Positions 17,438 through 24,406 of a stretch of DNA of 32,000 bases are shown piece after piece. The notes below the pieces were generated by a model. The model was not told the origin of the DNA, made no database searches, and saw nothing but the letters and a program-made list of their open reading frames with translations. This DNA comes from Archaeoglobus fulgidus DSM 4304 (GTDB lineage Archaea; Halobacteriota; Archaeoglobi; Archaeoglobales; Archaeoglobaceae). The stretch lies in NCBI RefSeq assembly GCF_000008665.1, contig NC_000917.1, positions 2,010,001-2,042,000 on the forward strand. Direction: 5' to 3'. Every line of letters starts with the position of its first letter. Within the stretch, counting starts at the first letter, position 1. Both the position numbers and the translations under genes were made by a program.

Positions 17438-18005
17438 TCAGCCTTGCTACCTTCGCTGCGATATAATCCGATTTCGTTCTTTCTATGCCTCCCCTTGCCA
17501 CATCAAGTTTTTTCCTTAATCCCGAGACGAGTTTATCCGGAAAAGTCGTGAATTCCATCAGGCGCTCGTATATTTTTTCCATCACTTCAAGCATCCTTTC
17601 TGCTGATTTAAAGTCGCCTTCAATCAGCTTTGTAAGCGCGTATCTCCTCAACTCCCCAACTGCATCCGCGAATCCGTTCAGAAATGCTGCGGGCGTTACC
17701 TCAAGGTCAATTTCGAAGGTGAACTCCCCAGATATGGCGTTTTTGAAAGCTATTGCTTCAACAAGCTCCTGCATCGCGTCATTGCACAGGTAGAAGTAAA
17801 TCTCCGGATACTCGCGGTATGCTTTCACCTTCTCAAGCAACTCGATGGCCTTCTTGAGTTCCTGCTCTGCCTCCTCAACCTTTCCGGCGTGAATAAGGGC
17901 AATCGACTTGGTTGAGTGAATTCTCATCTCCCTCAAAACCTTCAGCAGCTCCTCCCTCGCAGCCTCAAGCTCCTCAAGCCTCTTTCTGCATTCCTCGAGC
18001 CTCAT
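17415..18005 (-). CDS. Translin-family (C3PO-like) nucleic-acid-binding protein/RNase
   Basis: 196-aa all-helical ORF of COG2178 translin-family type (E..A....F..EL.RY pattern). Its ATG overlaps the taw1 stop (ATGA at 18002-18005), and its last 23 nt overlap the tiaS start. Confidence 0.8.
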   Translation of the reverse strand: MRLEECRKRLEELEAAREELLKVLREMRIHSTKSIALIHAGKVEEAEQELKKAIELLEKVKAYREYPEIYFYLCNDAMQELVEAIAFKNAISGEFTFEIDLEVTPAAFLNGFADAVGELRRYALTKLIEGDFKSAERMLEVMEKIYERLMEFTTFPDKLVSGLRKKLDVARGGIERTKSDYIAAKVARLNESLGGN

Positions 18006-18898
18006 TTTACCCTCTCCAGCAGCACAACTCTGCTCGGCTCGGACTCCCTTTTCACCTCATAGCCAGTGCTATCGGCAAGTTTTCTGGAGAACTCAACGAT
18101 GTCCGCATGCTCTGGCATGTTCCCCCACCTCAGCCTCAATCTGGAGTAGCCGAGATACATGTAAGCCTTCGCCTCGATGAAGTCGGGCTCGGCCATCTCT
18201 ATAAGCTCGGAATACTTTCTGATCGCTTCCTCGTCCATGTTGTAGCCCCTGATAAGAGTGAGCCTGATTACGGTTCTGCTGCCGCTGTCCCTCATGACCT
18301 CTAGACTCCTCAGTACCCTTTCCCAGTTCGACTTTCCGGGACGGTTGAGGACGAGATGGCTATCCTCATCAAAGGCCGTGAGGCTTAGATAGAGCTGAGT
18401 TGGCTTCACCTTCTCCAGCATATCGGGATTCGTCCCGTTCGTAACCAGGAAGGTCGTGAACCCCCTCTTTTTGTACTCCTCAATAAGCTCCGGCAGCATG
18501 GGGTAGAGAGTTGGCTCTCCGATAAGACTTATGGCAACCTGATTGGGCTCGTAAGCTTCCTCAAGCTTTTTCCTGTTAACACCCTCGGTTCCGTGAAATC
18601 CGCTGAGCAGGCGGTGTTGAGCCCTAATGCTTTCCTCAACAATGAACTCCGGCTCGTCCCATCCCCTGAAGCCTTTGAGAAGCTCAAGCGGTCTCCAGCA
18701 GTAGAGGCAGTTCTGGTTGCACATCAAGGCTGGAGTCATCTGAAGACAGCGGTGACAGCTGATTCCGTAAAACTTCTGCTTGTAGCACACTCCCTCATCT
18801 TTCAGCGATTTTTTAAGCCAGAGGCACGTTTTGACGGCTGAGTGCTTACCAACAATCTGGTATCCCTTGAGCTCGCTGAGCAGCTTCTCGTTCATCAT
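18002..18898 (-). CDS. taw1: Radical SAM tRNA 4-demethylwyosine synthase (Taw1/TYW1)
   Basis: 298-aa ORF with the radical SAM cluster CNQNCLYC, upstream auxiliary cysteines (CYKQKFYGISCHRC) and a family-typical N-terminus. Confidence 0.9.
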   Translation of the reverse strand: MMNEKLLSELKGYQIVGKHSAVKTCLWLKKSLKDEGVCYKQKFYGISCHRCLQMTPALMCNQNCLYCWRPLELLKGFRGWDEPEFIVEESIRAQHRLLSGFHGTEGVNRKKLEEAYEPNQVAISLIGEPTLYPMLPELIEEYKKRGFTTFLVTNGTNPDMLEKVKPTQLYLSLTAFDEDSHLVLNRPGKSNWERVLRSLEVMRDSGSRTVIRLTLIRGYNMDEEAIRKYSELIEMAEPDFIEAKAYMYLGYSRLRLRWGNMPEHADIVEFSRKLADSTGYEVKRESEPSRVVLLERVK

Positions 18899-18918
18899 AG
18901 CATGTAGGCAATTTCTGC

Positions 18919-18926
18919 TATTTAAA
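18919..18926 (-). promoter_or_regulatory. Candidate TATA box of the taw1-translin-tiaS operon
   Basis: The minus strand reads TTTAAATA, 20 nt upstream of the taw1 ATG (18898). Confidence 0.45.
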
Positions 18927-18962
18927 TTTCATTAGGAAGAATTTTAAAGCTCCCCGAAAACT

Positions 18963-19157
18963 ATGTCTATGGAAAAACTCCCCCACCTTCTACGGCACTG
19001 GGTTGAGCATACCAAGGAGCACAGAGAGAGGTTTGAGGAGGTCGCAAGCAAGATAGAAAGCACTCATCCGGAGATTGCCAAAAAGCTTAAGGAGGCTGCG
19101 GAAAAATACAGAGAAGTCGAGGAGATTCTCAAAAAAGCTGTAGATATGGTAGGGTGA
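18963..19157 (+). CDS. Small helical hypothetical protein with a four-histidine ladder (the alternative start at 18969 fits the TATA spacing better)
   Basis: 64-aa ORF containing HLLRHWVEHTKEH, with His at positions 8, 12, 16 and 20. ATTTTAAA (18941-18948) lies 14 nt from the ATG at 18963 and 20 nt from the ATG at 18969. Its stop is embedded in the Shine-Dalgarno sequence of the next gene. Confidence 0.55.
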   Translation: MSMEKLPHLLRHWVEHTKEHRERFEEVASKIESTHPEIAKKLKEAAEKYREVEEILKKAVDMVG

Positions 19158-19161
19158 CCGG

Positions 19162-19530
19162 ATGTTCAGCCTCAAGGTGGAGTCAGAGGAGGGGTTCTGC
19201 AAGATAAGGCTCTTCCCCGAGCATCCAGAGTTCTCAGTTGGAGGGTACGGAAGAGATGACATTCTTGTTTTCAAGGGTGCTCCCGTGAGCCTCTCTGCAA
19301 TTCAGAAAATGCTTGAAAGGGAGTTTGGGGATGTCATTGTCAACTTCAGGGAGAACTCAATAGAGATCGAAATGCAACGAATGGATTGCTCCCTCGTGAT
19401 CGAGGATGTTGCAAGCGCCATTAAAGAAATGATGGAAAGTGCCGCCAAGGACTTGGACAAGATAGAGGAAGTCATCAAGGAATCGCTGGAAAAGTATTTG
19501 AGAAGAGTTGGAGGAGACAACGGAAATTAA
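19162..19530 (+). CDS. Hypothetical protein (122 aa), translationally coupled to the His-ladder protein
   Basis: GGGTGA (19152-19157) lies 4 nt before the ATG. The product is acidic with a helical C-terminal half. I recognise no family. Confidence 0.65.
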   Translation: MFSLKVESEEGFCKIRLFPEHPEFSVGGYGRDDILVFKGAPVSLSAIQKMLEREFGDVIVNFRENSIEIEMQRMDCSLVIEDVASAIKEMMESAAKDLDKIEEVIKESLEKYLRRVGGDNGN

Positions 19531-19715
19531 CCGTTTCTCATCCTCAGGATTAAAACGGCAATCGATAAGGCTGCAGCAATTGTCGCGGAGTGCAGCAAGC
19601 TAAAACCGGAGGCTTTCAACACGATGAGGGCAATTGCGAATGTCATAACAACGGAACCGGAGATTGAGAGGCTCTGTAGCGACCTCATTAAATTTTCCCG
19701 CTGCTCATCTTTCAT
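19527..19715 (-). CDS. Small membrane protein (62 aa, two predicted TM helices)
   Basis: Hydrophobic stretches SGSVVMTFAIALIVL and ATIAAALSIAVLIL. TATA-like TTTATTGA (19737-19744, minus strand) lies exactly 21 nt from the ATG. Confidence 0.5.
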   Translation of the reverse strand: MKDEQRENLMRSLQSLSISGSVVMTFAIALIVLKASGFSLLHSATIAAALSIAVLILRMRNG

Positions 19716-19816
19716 TAGCTCTGATCATTGAGAGGTTCAATAAACCTTTTGTTTTAGCCATAGGTAACAAAAAGTAACAAACAAAACAGTACATTATTTA
19801 ACAAGCGATTTCTTCT

Positions 19817-19906
19817 TCAGCCGAGAATGCCCAGTTGAAGCGCAAGTAGCCCAAGCGCAACAACTGAAAGCATTACCACATCCTTTACTTCAACCACCGC
19901 TTTCAT
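19817..19906 (-). CDS. Candidate 29-aa hydrophobic small ORF, below the ORF-track size cutoff
   Basis: My minus-strand translation is MKAVVEVKDVVMLSVVALGLLALQLGILG followed by a stop. TTTAAATA (19928-19935, minus strand) lies exactly 21 nt upstream of the ATG at 19906, the same spacing as confirmed genes in this window. Confidence 0.3.
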   Translation of the reverse strand: MKAVVEVKDVVMLSVVALGLLALQLGILG

Positions 19907-19974
19907 ATTCTAATCTAGACCTCTGACTATTTAAATCTTTTCATTTTTATATTATTACAATAGTAATCATCATA

Positions 19975-20439
19975 ATGAGGTGTTCCGTCACTAAGTTTTT
20001 TTGCTCCACTGCTAAAAAGTCGCAGATGGTGGAACGGGTTAAAGATTACATGTACAAAAACGACAAACTCTTCGAGCTTCTCGATGCGAGGATTCTGGAG
20101 ATGAAAGAGGGGTACGCGAAGGTTGAAATGGTCGTAAAAAAGGAGCATCTGAACGCTGCCAACGTCTGCCACGGGGGCATTATTTTCTCCCTCGCCGACC
20201 TGGCATTTGCACTGGCAAGCAACAGCCATGGAAAGCTCGCTCTTGCCATTGAAGTCAGCATAACATACATGAAAGCTGCCTATGAAGGTGAGAAGCTCGT
20301 TGCTGAGGCTAAGGAGGTGAACCTCGGAAACAAAACTGCAACGTACTTGATGGAGGTCAAAAATTCAGCAAATAAGCTAATAGCCCTCGCGAAGGGTACG
20401 GTTTACAGAGTCAACGAAGACTTTCCGCCTACCTCTTAA
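19975..20439 (+). CDS. PaaI-family hotdog-fold acyl-CoA thioesterase
   Basis: 154-aa ORF with the motif NVCHGGIIFSLADLAFALA, typical of PaaI/4HBT class II thioesterases. TTTATATT (19946-19953) lies 21 nt from the ATG. Confidence 0.85.
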   Translation: MRCSVTKFFCSTAKKSQMVERVKDYMYKNDKLFELLDARILEMKEGYAKVEMVVKKEHLNAANVCHGGIIFSLADLAFALASNSHGKLALAIEVSITYMKAAYEGEKLVAEAKEVNLGNKTATYLMEVKNSANKLIALAKGTVYRVNEDFPPTS

Positions 20440-21022
20440 CGATGTTCACGAAGTTCTCCAGAATTCTCAGCCCTACCTTTCCGCTCTTCTCGGGATGGAA
20501 CTGAAAGCCGATGTAATTTTCCCTCTCAACTCCTGACGGAAAGTCAATTCCGTAGTCAGTTTTGGAGATTACAAACTCATCGTCGGTTTGCATGTAGTAG
20601 GAGTGCACGAAGTAGACGAACTCGCCGCTCTCAACACCGTCCAGAATTTCTGCTTCTCTCGTTATCTTTAAAGTGTTCCAGCCCATGTGCGGCACCTTTC
20701 CAACGCTGGGAGGGAACCTTACAACTCTCCCCGGAATGTAATCCAACCCCCTGTAAACACCACCTTCCGTGCTTTCTGTGGCGAAAAGCTGCATTCCAAG
20801 ACAAATACCGAGTATTGGGACTTCAAGAGAGTCGATAACGTCCCTGATTAGATTTAACTTTTCGATTGCTGACTTAAACGCACCAACGCCCGGAAAAACA
20901 ACTCCCGATGCACACTTTATTTTTTCCGGGTCGCTGGTAACAGACACTTTCGCCCCCACAGTCTCCAGCGCCTTTGAAATGCTCTTTAAGTTGCCCACAC
21001 CATAGTTGACTATTGCAATCAT
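20429..21022 (-). CDS. hisH: Imidazole glycerol phosphate synthase, glutamine amidotransferase subunit HisH
   Basis: I take the start at the ATG at 21022 (MIAIVNYGVGNLKS...). The catalytic GICLGMQ and the HSY/FHPEKS motifs are present. The 337-aa ORF-track version has a non-homologous N-terminal extension running through the neighbouring gene. Confidence 0.93.
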   Translation of the reverse strand: MIAIVNYGVGNLKSISKALETVGAKVSVTSDPEKIKCASGVVFPGVGAFKSAIEKLNLIRDVIDSLEVPILGICLGMQLFATESTEGGVYRGLDYIPGRVVRFPPSVGKVPHMGWNTLKITREAEILDGVESGEFVYFVHSYYMQTDDEFVISKTDYGIDFPSGVERENYIGFQFHPEKSGKVGLRILENFVNIVKR

Positions 21023-21044
21023 CGCAAGGGCTTGAGAAAAAGGA

Positions 21045-21052
21045 TTAATTAA
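21045..21052. promoter_or_regulatory. Palindromic TATA-like box TTAATTAA shared by the divergent hisH and MBL-fold genes
   Basis: This is the only AT-rich element in the 48-bp intergenic region. It lies 22 nt from the hisH ATG (21022) and 18 nt from the MBL ATG (21071). Confidence 0.5.
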
Positions 21053-21070
21053 GGTTGTTCTACTCGACCC

Positions 21071-21859
21071 ATGTACAGAATCATCGAAGCCCCAAACTCT
21101 GGCAAGTATCCCTTCAGCCACAGTTTGCTGATTGGAAAAAGCTGCATTATTGACACAGGCTCCGGAGAAGCTCTTGCTCCGCTCAGGGTTGATTGCGTCC
21201 TCAACACACACTGGCATGAGGACCACATAGCGATGAACAGCATAGGGCGAAAGGTTCTCGCACACCCTCTCGACGCAGAGGCGATTGAAAGCTACGAGGA
21301 GTTCAGGAGAAGGTACGGTATCGGTGATTCGGTCAGACTTTTCATAAACTTCGAATTCGGACAGGTTGATGATGTTTTTGAGGATGGGGAGCAGCTGGAA
21401 TTTGAGGGGGTAAGCGTTGAAGTGATACACACTCCCGGGCACTCAGCAGGCCACTGCTGCTTTGTTATCAACAACGAAGCGGTATTTCTGGGTGATATAG
21501 ACCTCACGAGCTTTGGACCGTGGTACGGCTGCTTGGATTGCGATGTTGACGATTTCGTTAGGTCTGTAAAGAAGATGATGAGGGAAGTCGAAAGAAGAGA
21601 TATAGAGATCGCGATCCCCTCCCACGGAAGGCCCGTTTACGGCAAGGAGGAAATAATCGGTGCGATGCGGGAATACCTCAAAAAAATTTTTGAGAGGGAT
21701 AAGGCCATTAGAGAACTCGTGAGGTTAGGTGTTGATCCGGTCGGAAAAGGAATAATTTACCGGAAAATACCTGAGCCAAGAGAGATTTACCTGCACTTCG
21801 AAAAAATTATGGTGGAGAAGCACCTCACCACTTCTCTCGATGAATTCTGTCTGGATTGA
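21071..21859 (+). CDS. MBL-fold metallo-hydrolase
   Basis: 262-aa ORF with the HxHxDH motif (THWHEDH), later His/Asp ligands (TPGHSAGH, GD) and a C-terminal helical extension. Confidence 0.9.
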   Translation: MYRIIEAPNSGKYPFSHSLLIGKSCIIDTGSGEALAPLRVDCVLNTHWHEDHIAMNSIGRKVLAHPLDAEAIESYEEFRRRYGIGDSVRLFINFEFGQVDDVFEDGEQLEFEGVSVEVIHTPGHSAGHCCFVINNEAVFLGDIDLTSFGPWYGCLDCDVDDFVRSVKKMMREVERRDIEIAIPSHGRPVYGKEEIIGAMREYLKKIFERDKAIRELVRLGVDPVGKGIIYRKIPEPREIYLHFEKIMVEKHLTTSLDEFCLD

Positions 21860-22349
21860 ACCTGTCATCGGCCTCGTAAAAGTCCTTTTCATCTTTGGGG
21901 TAGCCGAGGGAGACGACGCTGAAAACCACTATGTTTTCCGGAATGCCGAGCAGTTCCCTCAGAGCTTTCATTCTCTCCTCTCTCGGATAAACTCCAAGCC
22001 ATACGGAGCCTATGCCAAGGCACCTTGCTGCCAGCAGAATGTTCTCCGTTGCCGCACTGCAGTCCTGAACCCACATATCGTAGGGGTACTTTGAAAGCTT
22101 CGGGTCAGCGCAAACCACTATTGCCGCACTGGCGTTGGGCAGCATCTGACCGAAGGTGAAAGCTTCGCTCATTTTCTTCAGCATCTCCCTGTCTCTCACT
22201 ACTATGAAGTGCCAGGGCTGCTCGTTTCCCGCAGAGGGCGCGAGCATCGCGGCCTTGAGGATTTTCTCAATATCTTCATCGCTTATCTGCCTGTCTGAGT
22301 AAACTCTGATGCTCCTCCTGGTGTATATCATCTTAAGGCATTCTTCCAT
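21825..22349 (-). CDS. Nitroreductase-family FMN oxidoreductase
   Basis: I take the start at the ATG at 22349 (MEECLKMIYTRRSIRVY...). The motif APSAGNEQPWHFIVV is present. The ORF-track N-terminal extension (to 22580) overlaps the divergent gene. Confidence 0.9.
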   Translation of the reverse strand: MEECLKMIYTRRSIRVYSDRQISDEDIEKILKAAMLAPSAGNEQPWHFIVVRDREMLKKMSEAFTFGQMLPNASAAIVVCADPKLSKYPYDMWVQDCSAATENILLAARCLGIGSVWLGVYPREERMKALRELLGIPENIVVFSVVSLGYPKDEKDFYEADDRFNPDRIHREKW

Positions 22350-22369
22350 GATGGTAGGTGTGGCCAAAG

Positions 22370-22378
22370 TTAATAATA
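22370..22378. promoter_or_regulatory. Single central AT box TTAATAATA between the divergent nitroreductase and ADC-family genes
   Basis: It lies 20 nt from the nitroreductase ATG (22349) and 19 nt from the ATG at 22398. The intergenic region is 48 bp. Confidence 0.45.
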
Positions 22379-22397
22379 CTTTCAGAAAATTGTGAGC

Positions 22398-23114
22398 ATG
22401 GCGTGGACAACACCCTACTCGAAATCCGGAAGGTCGGCTCTCGTGCCTGCTGGGCCGTGGAGCTACGGTATGGAGGCCATATCCGTCCATGCGATGCTTA
22501 GCGGCTTTGAGGAGTTGCTGCCGGAAAACATGGAAAGTGAGGGGGAGGGGTATGTTTACTTTGCCGAAATCATCTCGCAAAGTCCGAACTTTCCCGAGCT
22601 CAACTACGAAGCTCCGGGACTGGTTCAGTACAGAGAGCTTGCCATATTCCTGAAGGTGAAATATGGCGGGAGAGTCCTCGCCTACTGCCCCTTTATGTAC
22701 GTTGACAACGATGTCTCACTGCTGAGAGGCTTTGTTGCCGGATTTCCAAAAAAGCTTGCTGTCATTGACATTACAAGGGAGCATCCTCTGCTTGAGCAGA
22801 AAAAATTCGGGGGAGTTGCGATGAGGGGCGGTTACGGCCTTGCAAAGATGGTGGTTGAGCCGATGGAGGAGGTCGAGTCCAATCCGCTTGACAGCTTTGG
22901 AAGCTGGATGCTCTACAGGTTTGCCGAACCTATGGGTGTAAAGGAGTTCGTGGAGATAGTTCCTGAGGTTAGCTACGCGAAAATCGAGAGAGGAAACGCA
23001 GAGCTGAAGCTTTACAGTGGGATAAACGACGAGTTGCCTGTTGTAAAGGAAATTCTTGGGGGTTACAGGTTCTCGGCCTTGCTCAAAATCAGGGAAATCA
23101 AAAAAGTTCAGTAG
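22398..23114 (+). CDS. Acetoacetate decarboxylase (ADC) family protein
   Basis: N-terminus MAWTTPYSKSGRSALVPAGPWSYGMEAISV..., followed by LLPE..., matches my recollection of the ADC-family pattern. The ATG at 22398 is preferred over the GTG at 22392 on promoter spacing. Confidence 0.65.
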   Translation: MAWTTPYSKSGRSALVPAGPWSYGMEAISVHAMLSGFEELLPENMESEGEGYVYFAEIISQSPNFPELNYEAPGLVQYRELAIFLKVKYGGRVLAYCPFMYVDNDVSLLRGFVAGFPKKLAVIDITREHPLLEQKKFGGVAMRGGYGLAKMVVEPMEEVESNPLDSFGSWMLYRFAEPMGVKEFVEIVPEVSYAKIERGNAELKLYSGINDELPVVKEILGGYRFSALLKIREIKKVQ

Positions 23115-23872
23115 GGGAAGAACTCGAACCAGTCCGGTTCGTATTCCTCCACTCTGCCCAAATCAGAGAGCTTCAGCAAATCAGAGTCGATTGGAATTTC
23201 GGTAATAAACTCTATTTTATACTTTCTGGCCAGTTCCGATGCTTTACCTTCGCCAAAGAGGTACGTCCTCTCGCCGCAGTTGGGACACTCGAAGTAGGCC
23301 ATGTTCTCCACAATCCCCAGCACAGCCGTTTTCGTCTGCTCAGCCATCGTTATCGCCTTTTCAACCACCGCTGCGGTCAGCTCCTGAGGAGTTGAGACTA
23401 TAACCGCCCCGTTTGGCTTCGCATCCTGCATTACTGTGAGAGGCGCATCTCCCGTTCCCGGCGGAAGGTCAATCAGCAAATAGTCAAGCTCCCCCCAGGC
23501 AACTCTGCCGAGGAACTCCCTGATCATACCAGCAATCAAGGGCCCTCTCCAGATTACCGGCGTTTCCCGCTTGGGCAGAAGGAACTGGATGGACATTACC
23601 TTTATCCCAAGCCTTTGCGTCAGAACTGGCTCAAGGCCCTCGTCGCTCACGGCTACCTTTCCCTTCTCAAGACCAAAGAGGTGGGGAATGCTCGGGCCAA
23701 GAAAGTCGGCATCGAGAATTCCAACCTTCTTTCCCTGCTTGGCGTAATGCACAGCCAGCAAAGCTGTGACGGTTGATTTACCCACACCACCCTTACCGCT
23801 CATCACGGCAATTCTAAAACCTATTTTGTCGAGCCTCTCTTTGATATCCTCATCAGTAACTCTCTTCTGCAT
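23108..23872 (-). CDS. Mrp/NBP35/ApbC-family P-loop ATPase (Fe-S cluster carrier)
   Basis: 254-aa ORF with the deviant Walker A SGKGGVGKST, DLPPGTGD and a CxxC (CPNCGE). Confidence 0.93.
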   Translation of the reverse strand: MQKRVTDEDIKERLDKIGFRIAVMSGKGGVGKSTVTALLAVHYAKQGKKVGILDADFLGPSIPHLFGLEKGKVAVSDEGLEPVLTQRLGIKVMSIQFLLPKRETPVIWRGPLIAGMIREFLGRVAWGELDYLLIDLPPGTGDAPLTVMQDAKPNGAVIVSTPQELTAAVVEKAITMAEQTKTAVLGIVENMAYFECPNCGERTYLFGEGKASELARKYKIEFITEIPIDSDLLKLSDLGRVEEYEPDWFEFFPY

Positions 23873-23952
23873 AAAAACAAAAGTGAAAACTCGCTTTTTA
23901 AATTCATGTGTTTGTAAACTTCTTGCAGACCTCCCTATCGCAAAGCTCCGGA

Positions 23953-24360
23953 TTAGAGGGAGGGGAAGAGGATGTAAACCGGAACGGCCCAGCAGGCTGA
24001 ATTTCTGCAGAACTTGCTTACGCTGATTTCGGAGCAGCTGCTTTCGAGGTATATCCTGTAACTTGAATCCTCAACCTCGTAGGCCATCAGGAAGTCCTCC
24101 TCTTTTCCGATAATCTTGACGAGGACAAAAACCTTATTCTCCTGACGCTGCCTGCAGACCGCTACAACACCGTCGTCTATAAGTATGAGCTCCCCCTTCA
24201 TCTTGTCGAAATCCACAAACTTGATGTGGCTCAAAAACTTTTTAGACTTCTTATCGCTGAAAATTTCGGCGATATCCTCCTTTGTTAAAATCACGGGTTC
24301 AAAAACCACTCGCGACTCGGCAGTACCTCCCAGGTTGCAAATGCCGATTGCAGGTTCCAT
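23953..24360 (-). CDS. Hypothetical protein (135 aa), no family recognised
   Basis: The ATG at 24360 lies 20 nt from a TATA-like TTTTATAT (24381-24388, minus strand). The C-terminal third contains 4 Cys (SSCSEISVSKFCRNSACW). Confidence 0.55.
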   Translation of the reverse strand: MEPAIGICNLGGTAESRVVFEPVILTKEDIAEIFSDKKSKKFLSHIKFVDFDKMKGELILIDDGVVAVCRQRQENKVFVLVKIIGKEEDFLMAYEVEDSSYRIYLESSCSEISVSKFCRNSACWAVPVYILFPSL

Positions 24361-24406
24361 GTTGAGAAGTTGATGGTGGCATATAAAAAATTTTTTTATT
24401 TGTTTT

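Noticed and set aside
19960-19975. A search for C/D-box sRNAs (RTGATGA ... CTGA) in the intergenic regions.
   Set aside because: TGATGA occurrences lie inside CDSs (for example 2996, 4517, 16131, 18890 and 21560). The one at 19966-19972 (minus strand) lacks correctly placed D and D' boxes. No sRNA can be supported by eye.
20429-21442. ORF-track N-terminal extensions of hisH (337 aa), the nitroreductase (21825..22580, 251 aa) and the thioredoxin-fold gene (3553..4167, 204 aa).
   Set aside because: The extensions carry no homology and run through neighbouring genes or promoters. Family-typical N-termini begin at internal starts (21022, 22349 and 3934), and those starts have proper TATA or Shine-Dalgarno signals.
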